Origin: Acidobacteriota bacterium
Lineage (GTDB): Bacteria > Acidobacteriota > Vicinamibacteria > Marinacidobacterales > Marinacidobacteraceae
Reading direction: 5' to 3'
Length of the DNA stretch: 64,000 nucleotides
Assembly (NCBI GenBank): GCA_028877265.1
Contig: JAPPGX010000016.1
Location: forward strand, 1,265 to 65,264
This document shows positions 27,435 to 36,474 of this stretch, piece by piece; the stretch's first letter is position 1, and each line of letters begins with the position of its first letter. A program made the translations under genes and the position numbers. The notes beneath the pieces are model-generated. The model ran no database searches. It worked only from the letters and a program-made list of their open reading frames with translations, and was not told the DNA's origin.

Positions 27435-27460
27435 GATGCCGGCGAGAGGCCGGCGCTCCG
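27435..27460. repeat. REP-like hairpin element, family 2, copy D
   Basis: GATGCCGGCGAGAGGCCGGCGCTCCG, one mismatch from the copy at 52463..52488. It lies between the ggt stop and the FGE-like start. Confidence 0.65.
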
Positions 27461-27468
27461 AGCCGCGG

Positions 27469-29298
27469 TCAATACCCGATGGCGTAGGCGGCGCGGCGGG
27501 GGTCGGCGCCCGCCGTCATGGTGCCGGCCGCGAGATCCATGAGGATGCCGTTGTTGCTGCCGAGGGCGTAGCCGCCGGTGAGTTCGGCCCGGTGGCCCAT
27601 CCCGAGGAGCGCCTCGACCACCCCCGGCATGACCCGGTTCTCCACCCGCACCAGGATGTCGGCGCCCGGGTTGTAGAAGTTGGGGTCGGCGAAGAGGCTG
27701 AGCCGTGGAGCGGCCACCGCCTCCTGGATGTTCAGGCCGAAGTCGAGGATGTTCAGCAGCACCTGGAACTGGGTCTGGCCGATGGTCTCCCCGCCGGGCG
27801 TCCCCAGCGCGAGCATGAACTCGCCGTCCTTCAGGACGATGATCGGCGAGTTGTTCAGGATGGGGATCTGGCCGCCGCGGGCGTAGTTCGGGTGGTCCGG
27901 ATGCGGCGCGGTCGAGCCGATCCTGGTCCCGTTGTTGAAGGTGAGACCCGTGCCCCCCACCACCACCGCGGTGCCGAACATGCCGCCGTGGGTCGGGGTG
28001 CAGGCCACCGCGTTGCCGGCGCCGTCCACCACCGAGAAGCTGGTGGTGCTGCCGGCGAAGGATCGGCTGGCCGCCGGGTTCGCCGCGGAAAGGACACCGG
28101 GCGCCGCATCCGTGGCGGTAGCGCCCGGCGGGACGCCGCCCTCCGGGTAGGCGATTGCGGTCCGTTCGTTCATGAGCGCACGCCGCGTCTCGGCGTACTC
28201 CTTCGAGAGGAGTCCCGCGAGCGGAACGTCGAACTTGGCCTGGTCCGCGACGTAGCGGTAGACGTCCGACTTGGCGACCTTGATCGCCTCGATCACCAGA
28301 TGGAGCGTCTCGGCCGAGTTCTGCCCCAACTCGGCGATGTCGAAACCCTCGATCAGGTTGAGTTGCATCAGCACTTCCATGCCGCCGCGGGAGGTCGGCG
28401 GGCTCGAGTAGACGTCGTATCCCCGGTAGTTGGTGTGGAGGGGCTCCTTCCACATGGGCTCGTAGGCGGCGAAGTCGTCGAGCGTGAACGGGCCGTCGTT
28501 CTCCTCGTAGAAGCGGGCCATCTCCTCGGCGATGTCTCCGCGGTAGAAGCGGTCGAAGGCGGCGTCCAGGGCTTCCGAGCGGTCCTTGCCGGCGCGCCGG
28601 GCGGCCTGCTCCGCCTCCACGAGTTTCTCGAGCGTCCGCGCCAGGTCGGGCATCTTGTAGAGCTCGCCCGTCTCCGGCACCCGCCCCTCGGGCAGGAACA
28701 TCCGCACGCTGGTCGGAAAACGCTCGAAGTCCTCCCGCGAGGCTTCGATCGCCCGTGACACCGACGCCTCCATGGGATGGCCGTTCTTCGCGTAGTCGAT
28801 CGCGGGCGCCAGCACCTCTTCGAGGCTCATGGTGCCGTGGCGGTCGAGCATCGAGATCCAGGCCCCGAAGAGTCCCGGAACCACCCCGGCGTTGATGCCC
28901 TTGTTCAGCTGGGCGGGGGCGAGGTCCTGGGCGCGGAGCGCCTTGGGAGCCGCTCCGGTGGCGCTCAGGGAGTGGACCGTCCCCGTCGCCTGGTCGAAGT
29001 AGGTCAGGAAGCCGTTCCCCGCCGCCCCCGACATCTGAGGGCGCACCACGTTCAGAACCGCCAGCACCGCAACCGAGGCGTCGATCGCGTTGCCGCCCTT
29101 CATCATGGTCTGGACGCCCGCGATGGAGGCGAGGGGATGTCCCGCGCTCACCAGCCCGTGGACCCCCGGCACCACCGGGCGATCCTGGCTCCGCATCTCC
29201 CCGATGCGGATGGGGTGGGCGCTCTCCTGGGCGAGCGAGGGCGCCGCGAGTCCCACCAGAACCGCCGCGACTCCGAATCGGAAACCGGTCATCTTCAT
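27469..29298 (-). CDS. ggt: Gamma-glutamyltransferase (exported)
   Basis: 3' part of track ORF 27469..29628(-). ATG at 29298 is preceded by AGGAGA (MKMTGFRFGVAAVLVGLAAPSLAQ signal). GGT core includes the autoprocessing TTSFSVVD threonine region and GTPGGETIGQT. Confidence 0.9.
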   Translation of the reverse strand: MKMTGFRFGVAAVLVGLAAPSLAQESAHPIRIGEMRSQDRPVVPGVHGLVSAGHPLASIAGVQTMMKGGNAIDASVAVLAVLNVVRPQMSGAAGNGFLTYFDQATGTVHSLSATGAAPKALRAQDLAPAQLNKGINAGVVPGLFGAWISMLDRHGTMSLEEVLAPAIDYAKNGHPMEASVSRAIEASREDFERFPTSVRMFLPEGRVPETGELYKMPDLARTLEKLVEAEQAARRAGKDRSEALDAAFDRFYRGDIAEEMARFYEENDGPFTLDDFAAYEPMWKEPLHTNYRGYDVYSSPPTSRGGMEVLMQLNLIEGFDIAELGQNSAETLHLVIEAIKVAKSDVYRYVADQAKFDVPLAGLLSKEYAETRRALMNERTAIAYPEGGVPPGATATDAAPGVLSAANPAASRSFAGSTTSFSVVDGAGNAVACTPTHGGMFGTAVVVGGTGLTFNNGTRIGSTAPHPDHPNYARGGQIPILNNSPIIVLKDGEFMLALGTPGGETIGQTQFQVLLNILDFGLNIQEAVAAPRLSLFADPNFYNPGADILVRVENRVMPGVVEALLGMGHRAELTGGYALGSNNGILMDLAAGTMTAGADPRRAAYAIGY

Positions 29299-29321
29299 TT
29301 TCGTCTTCTCCTGAACGGCGG

Positions 29322-30650
29322 CTAGTCCCGCCGGTACACCTTGCCGTCCTTGACCACCAGTTCGGGGTCGTCGAGCGCGGTGATGCTGAACCGTGGATCC
29401 CCCCGGAGCACCACGATGTCGGCGATCTTGCCCGGCTCGATGGTGCCGAGGTCGTCCGCGAGTCCGAGGATCCGAGCGTTGACGCGGGTCGCCGCCACGA
29501 TGGCCTCCATGGGCGTCATGCCCAGATCGACGTGGGCCTTGAGCTCGCGCCAGAGGGCCTCGGTATGAAAGTTCAGCGGCGTCCCGGAATCGGTGCCCAT
29601 CCCCATCACCGCCCCGGCCTCGATCCACTGTCCGAGGGAGGCGTCGCCGAAGAACATCTGGCGGGCGGTCGTCTGGAAGTAGGGCAGCGTGTGGAAGCTC
29701 TCGAAGCTGCGCTGCAGTTCGTCGTACATGGCCGCCGGCAAGTCGTCCCGTAGCCGCGGGTCCTGCAGCCGCTCGGGAAACTCCACGGTGGCCGGGAACA
29801 CCCAGACCCGGTGGGCGCCGGTGATCACCACCGGGCGGCCGGCCACGACGATGTCCCGCAGCAGGTCCGGCTCGTAGGGCGGCGTCCCCGCCGATCCCGC
29901 GTGGGTGAGCACGTCGATGCCGGCTTCGAGGGCGTTCCGGACATCGTCCGGCGCGTAGACATGCGCGTGGACTCGCAGTCCGTGGCGGTGCGCGGTGTCG
30001 GCGACCGCCTGGTAGTCCTCGCGGGTGAGCCCGACCCAGGCCTTGATGACGTCCACGCCCGCTTCCGCGAGGCGCTCGACCGCCGCCGAGGCTTCCTCCG
30101 GTGAGCCGATGCCGACCTGGTAGTTCTCCGGCCAGAAACTCACCCGGCGGGTGATCCAGGGACCGGCCATCAGCAGTCTCGCTCCGGCGACCTCGCCGCG
30201 GGCGATGCGGTCGCGCACGGCCAGGCTGGCTTCGAGCGGCGCCCCGAGATCCACCGCGGTGGTCACCCCGGCGAGCAGAAGCTGCTTCGCCGAGATTTCC
30301 ATCACCTCCTCGATGTCCACGCCCTCCTGGTCGATCCAGGAGAACCAGCGGCCGTACTCGCCGTGGCCGAGGACCGCGAGGTGGGCGTGGATGTCCATCA
30401 TCCCCGGGATCATCACCCGGCCGCGGGTGTCCACCACCTCGGCGTCCGGTGGAACTTCCACCTCGGCGGCGCGGCCGACGGCGACGATGCGATCGTCCTC
30501 GACGAGCACCGCCGCGTGGTGGAGCGGGGGCACGTCGTAGCCGTCGAGGAGCATGCCGCCGACCAGCGCCAACCGGTCCTGCGCCGCGGCGGTGGCCGCG
30601 AGCAGCAGCGCGGCGATCAGGGTTGCGCCGAACCGGATCGGCGAGGCCAT
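29322..30650 (-). CDS. Exported metal-dependent amidohydrolase (imidazolonepropionase/prolidase-like superfamily)
   Basis: 3' part of track ORF 29322..30755(-). ATG at 30650 (MASPIRFGATLIAALLLAATAAAQ). PGMMDIHAHL metal-binding motif, and HAHVY...LTHAG and GTDSG motifs. Confidence 0.82.
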   Translation of the reverse strand: MASPIRFGATLIAALLLAATAAAQDRLALVGGMLLDGYDVPPLHHAAVLVEDDRIVAVGRAAEVEVPPDAEVVDTRGRVMIPGMMDIHAHLAVLGHGEYGRWFSWIDQEGVDIEEVMEISAKQLLLAGVTTAVDLGAPLEASLAVRDRIARGEVAGARLLMAGPWITRRVSFWPENYQVGIGSPEEASAAVERLAEAGVDVIKAWVGLTREDYQAVADTAHRHGLRVHAHVYAPDDVRNALEAGIDVLTHAGSAGTPPYEPDLLRDIVVAGRPVVITGAHRVWVFPATVEFPERLQDPRLRDDLPAAMYDELQRSFESFHTLPYFQTTARQMFFGDASLGQWIEAGAVMGMGTDSGTPLNFHTEALWRELKAHVDLGMTPMEAIVAATRVNARILGLADDLGTIEPGKIADIVVLRGDPRFSITALDDPELVVKDGKVYRRD

Positions 30651-30663
30651 GCCCCTTGTTTGA

Positions 30664-32364
30664 CTAATCGCCAAAGGCGCGGCGGATTCCCTCGATCGCG
30701 GCTTCCCGGCCCCTGGTGAACCGCAGGATGCCCTCGAAGACCAGCCCGACGGCAAGCGCCATGATCGCCCCGCCCACCAGCAGCAGGACGAGGTTGCCCG
30801 ACTCCGCGTAGATCGAGATGTTGTAGATCATGGCGGCGATGGTGATGCCGACCATGAACACCATCGGGAAGAACGCGAAGGCGAATGGCTTCTTGCGGAA
30901 GTAGAGGTAGAGGGTCACCGACAGCAGGGTCAGTCCCGCCATGATCTGGTTGGTGGTGCCGAAGAGCGCCCAGAGCGCCGTCCCCGCGGGCACCATCTCT
31001 CCGGTCCCCGACGGGACCTTCATCAGCGCGAAGAAACCGATGATGGCGACGGCGAGCAGGGAGGCCACGTGGCGGTTCCCGAGGATCGGCACCTTGATGC
31101 TGTCAGAGATCTCCTCGATGTTGTAGCGGAGGATCCGGGTCGCCGAGTCGAGGGTTGTGAGCGCGAAGGAGACCGCCACCAGCGCCACGAAGGCCTTCCC
31201 CGCCTCCACGGGAATCCCGATGGTCACCAGGAAGTTGGCGGCTCCCGTGATGTAGGCGTCCAGCTTCTGGGCCAGGCCGTTCGCGGCGTTCCAGTCCGCG
31301 TAGTGCTGGTGCCACAGATCGCTGCTCGCGAACCCCGCCGTGCAGGCGAGCACGGCCGAAAGCCCGAGCAGGCTCTCGGCGATCATTCCCCCGTAGCCGA
31401 TGAGGGGCGCGTCGCTCTCCTTGTTGATCTGCTTGGAGGTGGTGCCCGACGAGACCAGCGCGTGGAACCCGGAGACCGCGCCGCAGGCGATCACGACGAA
31501 GACGAACGGGAGAATGGGCGGGGCCCCGCTGGGCTCGGGGTTATAGGCGGGAGCCGCGAACTCGGGGTTCTGGATCACGAAGGAGGCGAAGATCCCGATG
31601 AGCCCGATGTAGAGCAGGATGGAGTTCAGGAAGTCCCGGGGCTGGAGCAGCAGCCAGACGGGCAGCACCGAGGCGCAGAAGGCGTAGACCAGGAGCACGT
31701 AGCTCCACGCCGTCGTGGAGAGATCCGGCGTCGGAATCACCGCCATCCCGAGCCAGATGCTCACGAACAGGAGCGTGGCGCCCACGGGCACGAGGTAGCG
31801 GAGCGGGACGCCCTTCCGGTAGGAGAGGTACCCCATGGCGATGGCGAGCACCATCACCGCGGTGCTCGGCGTGACCGCCTCCGGATAGAAGATGCTCGAG
31901 AAGAGCTGCGCGACGACCTGCACGAAGACGCCCATCGCGAGTCCGACCAGGAAGACGATCAGGGCGTGGAAGAGGTACTTGGCGCGGCGGCCGATGATGT
32001 CTTCGGCGATCCGGCCGATGGACTTGCCCTTTGCCCGCATGCTGATGCAGAGCGCCGAAAAGTCGTGCACCGCGCCCACCAGCAGGGTGCCGACCACCAC
32101 CCAGATCATCGCGGGGACCCAGCCCCAGATCACCGCGATCGCCGGCCCGAGCATCGGGGCGAGGCCCGCGATGGAGGCGTAGTGGTGCCCGAAGAGGACG
32201 GGCTTCGGGGTCGGGACGTAGTCGTGCCCGTCCTTCAATTCGTGTGCGGGAGTGAGCCGCGAATCGTCCAGCTCGAAGGAGCGGCGTGCGATGCGGCGGC
32301 CGTAGAAGCGGTAGCCGACGATGTAGAGCGCGAAGCACACGAGCGTCGCGAGCAGTGGGCTCAT
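30664..32364 (-). CDS. cstA: Carbon starvation protein A (peptide/pyruvate transporter family)
   Basis: 566 aa polytopic protein. LFGHHYASIAGLAPMLGPAIAVIWGW is the CstA signature region. Confidence 0.92.
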   Translation of the reverse strand: MSPLLATLVCFALYIVGYRFYGRRIARRSFELDDSRLTPAHELKDGHDYVPTPKPVLFGHHYASIAGLAPMLGPAIAVIWGWVPAMIWVVVGTLLVGAVHDFSALCISMRAKGKSIGRIAEDIIGRRAKYLFHALIVFLVGLAMGVFVQVVAQLFSSIFYPEAVTPSTAVMVLAIAMGYLSYRKGVPLRYLVPVGATLLFVSIWLGMAVIPTPDLSTTAWSYVLLVYAFCASVLPVWLLLQPRDFLNSILLYIGLIGIFASFVIQNPEFAAPAYNPEPSGAPPILPFVFVVIACGAVSGFHALVSSGTTSKQINKESDAPLIGYGGMIAESLLGLSAVLACTAGFASSDLWHQHYADWNAANGLAQKLDAYITGAANFLVTIGIPVEAGKAFVALVAVSFALTTLDSATRILRYNIEEISDSIKVPILGNRHVASLLAVAIIGFFALMKVPSGTGEMVPAGTALWALFGTTNQIMAGLTLLSVTLYLYFRKKPFAFAFFPMVFMVGITIAAMIYNISIYAESGNLVLLLVGGAIMALAVGLVFEGILRFTRGREAAIEGIRRAFGD

Positions 32365-32461
32365 CGGCGTCCTTCCTTTCGCTCCTGGCGCGGTAGCCGA
32401 ACGACGATAACAAACGAAACGCGCATTCCGGAAGGATTTTCGCGGCCGGAAGAGCCCGCGC

Positions 32462-32470
32462 TGGTAGCAT
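32462..32470 (+). promoter_or_regulatory. Extended -10-like TGGTAGCAT upstream of the dienelactone hydrolase gene
   Basis: Lies 25 nt upstream of ATG 32496, with a GGAGGAGGA Shine-Dalgarno in between. It is in the divergent cstA/DLH intergenic region. Confidence 0.3.
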
Positions 32471-32495
32471 CGCGGCCCCCCGGAGGAGGATCACG

Positions 32496-33161
32496 ATGCG
32501 CAGCGAAATGGTTTCCTTTGCCGCGAACGGTGGTTCTGCGGACGGCTACCTGGCGGTGCCGGATCGGCCGGGGCCCGGGGTCCTGGTGATCCAGGAATGG
32601 TGGGGTCTGGTGGGCCACATCAGGGAGGTCGCCGACCGCTTCGCGCAGGCCGGATTCACGGCGCTCGCTCCCGATCTGTTCCACGGCGAGGCGACCACCT
32701 CGCCGGACGAGGCCGGCAAGCTGTTCATGGCGCTCGAGGTGGACCGCGCCGAGCAGGACCTGCGCGGTGCCGCGGACCACCTGGCGACCGTCGCTTCCGG
32801 CGACTCCGTTGGGGTGGTGGGTTTCTGCATGGGCGGCCAGCTCGCGCTCTACGCGGCCAGCAAGTCGCCGCGCATCGGCGCCTGCGTCGACTTCTACGGC
32901 GTCCACCCGAACGTTCACCCAGATTACGGCGCGATCCGCTGTCCGGTGCTCGGGCTCTTCGCCGAGAACGACGGGTTCGTGAACGCCGAGGCGGTCGCCG
33001 GGTTGGATGCGTCGCTCACCGGTGCGGGCGTCGTTCACGAGTTCCACACCTACCCGGGAACCGACCACGCCTTCTTCAACGACCGCCGTCCGTCATACGA
33101 CGCGGAGGCGTCGGCGGATGCGTGGGATCGGGTGATCCGCCTCTTCCGCGGGAGCCTCTGA
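32496..33161 (+). CDS. Dienelactone hydrolase family protein
   Basis: 221 aa. VLVIQEWWGL, nucleophile motif GFCMGG, and a C-terminal HAFFN histidine are typical of DLH. Confidence 0.88.
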   Translation: MRSEMVSFAANGGSADGYLAVPDRPGPGVLVIQEWWGLVGHIREVADRFAQAGFTALAPDLFHGEATTSPDEAGKLFMALEVDRAEQDLRGAADHLATVASGDSVGVVGFCMGGQLALYAASKSPRIGACVDFYGVHPNVHPDYGAIRCPVLGLFAENDGFVNAEAVAGLDASLTGAGVVHEFHTYPGTDHAFFNDRRPSYDAEASADAWDRVIRLFRGSL

Positions 33162-33162
33162 C

Positions 33163-33900
33163 TCAGGCCGTTCCGGAGCCGCTCCGGGCCGGCGGCTTTC
33201 CCGCCCGCGTTCCGGCGTCCTTCACCCGCCGGGTGAAGGCCATCATCATCCGGGTCTCGCGCTCGGTGAGGCCGGCGCGCCCGAAGAGTTCGCGCCATTC
33301 GGCGAAGCGCGCTTCCGGTTTTTCCGGCGGCAGGAACCCAACGGCCAGCATGGCGTCGCGTAGAGTGAGGAGCGCGCGCTCGGCCTGCTCCGCGGTCGCC
33401 CGCCGCACGGGTTCCTCGGTTGCGGGACCGTTCGCCAGAAAGATCTCGTAGGCGGCGATCATCGCGGCCTGGGCGAGGTTCAGGGAGGGTTGGCGGGGCG
33501 AGGCGGGAATCCGCACCTGGCGCTGACAGAGCGAGCGCTCCTCCAGGGTCAGGCCGCTCGACTCGTTGCCGAAGACCACTGCGACCTCGCCGGACCCGAT
33601 CGCCGCGACTTCGCCGGCGAGTTCCCGGGGGCTCAGGTGGCGGATCGCTTCCCGACCCCGGCCGCTCAGTCCGGCCACCAGCCGGCAACCGCGGACCGCT
33701 TCGGCCAGCGTGGGGAACACGGCCGCCTCCTCCAGTACTTCTTCGGCTTGCCAGGCCATGCGGAAGGCCCCGACCGTCCGCCAGTCTCCCGGTTGGACCA
33801 GACGGAGACCGGCAAGGCCCGTGTTTCCGATCACCCGGGCCACGGCCCCGATGTTCTCCGGACGCCGTGGCCGGACAAGGACGAAGTGGACCGGGGCCAT
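33163..33900 (-). CDS. SpoU/TrmH-class RNA 2'-O-methyltransferase (TrmJ-like)
   Basis: 245 aa. FVLVRPRRPENIGAVARVIGNTG N-terminus and SLNLAQAAMI motif, typical of SPOUT methyltransferases. Confidence 0.82.
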   Translation of the reverse strand: MAPVHFVLVRPRRPENIGAVARVIGNTGLAGLRLVQPGDWRTVGAFRMAWQAEEVLEEAAVFPTLAEAVRGCRLVAGLSGRGREAIRHLSPRELAGEVAAIGSGEVAVVFGNESSGLTLEERSLCQRQVRIPASPRQPSLNLAQAAMIAAYEIFLANGPATEEPVRRATAEQAERALLTLRDAMLAVGFLPPEKPEARFAEWRELFGRAGLTERETRMMMAFTRRVKDAGTRAGKPPARSGSGTA

Positions 33901-33940
33901 GAGCGCCTGCCTATCCTAGAAGCCCCTGTCCCTCTCCCGA

Positions 33941-34237
33941 ATGTCTGATCCCGGCCCCTTCCACGACCTCAGACCGGTGGGAGACCGCGGAGCCTTCAGC
34001 GTTCCCCTCCGGAAGTGGCGGGAAATCCTGTTCGTCGGCGCCATGCGCGAAACCGAAGACGGAATCTACGTCCGCGATCCGTCGCGTCCCCTTCCTCCCA
34101 TGCGGCAGCCCGGGTACTTCGCGGAGGGCAGGCGCTTCCGGGCCGAGCCGTTGGCCGATCCCAAAGAGGGCAGGTCGGATCCGCTGAATCCCCGAATCCG
34201 CGACCGTAGCCGGGTGCTGCTGACGCCGGTGGACTAG
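33941..34237 (+). CDS. Hypothetical small protein (98 aa)
   Basis: It fills the gap between the trmJ-like gene and hisS. Codon usage is GC3-rich, and a TATCCT -10-like box lies at 33912. I recognise no family. Confidence 0.4.
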   Translation: MSDPGPFHDLRPVGDRGAFSVPLRKWREILFVGAMRETEDGIYVRDPSRPLPPMRQPGYFAEGRRFRAEPLADPKEGRSDPLNPRIRDRSRVLLTPVD

Positions 34238-34244
34238 GGATCGG

Positions 34245-35609
34245 TCAGCTCTGGAGGGTCGCCGGGACGTCCGCGAGCGGCACGCTGCGCTGCTCGCCGC
34301 TTTCCAGGTTACGGACGGTGCAGCAGTCGCCGTCGAGCTCCTGCTCGCCAAGGATCAGCGCGAAACGAACGCCGGCGGCCGCTGCGCGCCCGAGCTGCTT
34401 CCCGAGTTTCAGGGAGTCCACCTGGACGTCGAGCCGCACTCCGGCCGCTCGCAGGGTGCGGGCGACCCGGAGGGTGTCGCGGATGGCGATTCCCGGGAGG
34501 GGACAGAGCATCGCCTGCGGCGCCGAGCCTTCGGCCGAGAACGCGCCGCCCTCCTCGAGCAGCATCAGGATGCGTTCCATGCCCAGCGAGAACCCCACCG
34601 CCGGGGTCGCCCTCCCGCTGAACATGCCGACGAGTCCGTCGTAGCGGCCGCCCCCGGCCAGCGACCCGGCGCCTCCCGCCGCGACCACCTCGAAGATGGG
34701 TCCCGTGTAGTAGCTCAGGCCGCGCGCCAGACTGGGAGCGAAACGGACCGGGGCGGCTTCTCCCAGCGCGCCGTCGAGCGCATCGAACAACTCCACGAGG
34801 TCCGAAGCGGCGCTTCTTCCAGGCCCCTCGGGCAGCGCCCTTCCGAGATCGCGGAGCCGGTCCAGATCGCCGTCCCGGTCTTCCGCGGCGCCCGGCACCA
34901 GCTCGAGGAGCCGCCGGGCCCGGTCCGGCCCCACTGCGGCGAGGCCGCCGAGCTCGCTCGCCACCGCCTCCCGGCCGATCTTGCCCATCTTGTCGAGCAC
35001 CACGAGCGTCTCCTGCTCGGACTGGGCGGGGATTCCGCTGGCCGCGATCAGGGCCCGGAGCAACTCCCGGTGGTTCAGCAGGATGGTGAAGTCCGAAAAG
35101 CCGAGAGCCGCCAGCGCCGCGTGCAGGACCACCAGCGCCTCCGCATCGGCGACCAGGGAACTGCTGCCGACGATGTCGGCGTCGCACTGGGTGAACTCCC
35201 GGAAACGCCCGCGCTGGGCGCGGTCCGCCCGCCAGACCGACTGGATCTGGTAGCGGCGGAACACCGGGGGCAGTTGGGCGCGGTACTCCGCGGTGACCCG
35301 GGCGAGCGGCACCGTGAGGTCGTAGCGCAGTCCGAGCTCGGAAAGGTCTCCCGGTTCCACCGGCTCCCGGCCGAGCGCCCGCGCCAGCCGCTCGCCCCGG
35401 TGAAGCACCCGGTAGATGAGCTGGTCGCCCTCCTCGCCGTACTTCCCGAGCAGCGTCGAAAGCCGCTCCATCGCCGGCGTCTCGAGGGGCACGAAGCCGT
35501 GCGCGGCGAACGCGGCCTCGACCCGGCGGAACGCCTCGCGGCGGGTCAGAGCGGCGGCGGGAAGGTGGTCCCGCATCCCGCTGACCGGCTTGGTTGGCGC
35601 TTTCCCCAT
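34245..35609 (-). CDS. hisS: Histidine--tRNA ligase
   Basis: 3' part of track ORF 34245..35729(-). ATG at 35609 (MGKAPTKPVSGMRDHLP...). Class II motifs (FRRYQIQSVWRADRAQRGRFREFTQCD, GGGRYDGLV) are present. Confidence 0.93.
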   Translation of the reverse strand: MGKAPTKPVSGMRDHLPAAALTRREAFRRVEAAFAAHGFVPLETPAMERLSTLLGKYGEEGDQLIYRVLHRGERLARALGREPVEPGDLSELGLRYDLTVPLARVTAEYRAQLPPVFRRYQIQSVWRADRAQRGRFREFTQCDADIVGSSSLVADAEALVVLHAALAALGFSDFTILLNHRELLRALIAASGIPAQSEQETLVVLDKMGKIGREAVASELGGLAAVGPDRARRLLELVPGAAEDRDGDLDRLRDLGRALPEGPGRSAASDLVELFDALDGALGEAAPVRFAPSLARGLSYYTGPIFEVVAAGGAGSLAGGGRYDGLVGMFSGRATPAVGFSLGMERILMLLEEGGAFSAEGSAPQAMLCPLPGIAIRDTLRVARTLRAAGVRLDVQVDSLKLGKQLGRAAAAGVRFALILGEQELDGDCCTVRNLESGEQRSVPLADVPATLQS

Positions 35610-35709
35610 GGACGGCGGGGAGCATACTGGCCGTCTGACTGGCCGGCCGGCGTGCGACTGCGCCACAATCCCGGATGAGAGTCGGCTTGATCCCCGACGG
35701 GAGGGCACC

Positions 35710-36147
35710 ATGCGCTCGATTCGACCCAAAGCAGCCTCGACCCGGCATCACGGCGTCCCGGCCAACTCGCCCCGCTCCGCGTTCCGATTCGGTCGGAATA
35801 CCCTCGGCATGCTGGCGGCCGGGTTCTTTTCCCTGGCCCTCATTCTGGGAGGCGTGTCGGCCGTCCTTCTTGCCGCCGCCCTCGAGGAGCAGACCTGGGA
35901 GGCGCACGTCACCGACGATATGTGCGCCAAGGAGCACATGATGGACGGGATGACCGATCCGGAATGCGCCATCGCCTGCGTCGAGATGGGGGCGGCACTC
36001 GCGCTCTTCGTGGAGGCGGACGACGCCGTGTACGCGGTGGACGACCAGGCGAAGGTGGGGGAATTCGCGGGTCAGGACGTCACGGTCACCGGTGTCCTCA
36101 GCGAGGACGGGACCACGGTGACCGTCCATTCCATCGAAGCGCGCTGA
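35710..36147 (+). CDS. Hypothetical membrane-anchored/exported small protein with Cys pairs
   Basis: ATG 35710, 145 aa. One N-terminal TM/signal segment (LAAGFFSLALILGGVSAVLLAAAL), then HVTDDMCAKEHMMDGMTDPECAIACVEMG and a beta-rich tail. GGGAGGG Shine-Dalgarno. Confidence 0.5.
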   Translation: MRSIRPKAASTRHHGVPANSPRSAFRFGRNTLGMLAAGFFSLALILGGVSAVLLAAALEEQTWEAHVTDDMCAKEHMMDGMTDPECAIACVEMGAALALFVEADDAVYAVDDQAKVGEFAGQDVTVTGVLSEDGTTVTVHSIEAR

Positions 36148-36200
36148 CTCCCTGGACGCTCTCCCCCGCGCGGTTTTCACGGGGCGTTCGGGTCCGACCG

Positions 36201-36209
36201 TGCTAGACT
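36201..36209 (+). promoter_or_regulatory. Extended -10-like TGCTAGACT, candidate rho promoter giving a roughly 260-nt leader
   Basis: accgTGCTAGACTtgc. It lies 266 nt upstream of the rho ATG at 36475. Confidence 0.4.
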
Positions 36210-36474
36210 TGCTTCCCGGATTCGCTGGGGGATGACGCGGCGCCACTGGCAGCGCGTTCCCCACCCACTGTGACCCGGTCTCAACTCACGGCGGTTTCGC
36301 TCCGCAACTAACGACCGGCGTTCCCGGGGACTCCGATCCGCGGACCGGTGAGGCCGGTTCTGCGCGCCTTGAGGTGCGCCGGCCCGATTTCGCCGTCGAG
36401 GCTGTCGCTCGGCGACCCTCGCCAGTGCCGGCACCGTCCGCTTTCCGGAGCTGTCGAATCAGAGGCTCCTGCCC

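Noticed and set aside
27371-28453. N-terminal extension of ORF 26477..28453(-), which would fuse with the FGE-like protein.
   Set aside because: The extension overlaps ggt in another frame. The FGE-like protein has its own ATG (27370) followed immediately by a signal peptide.
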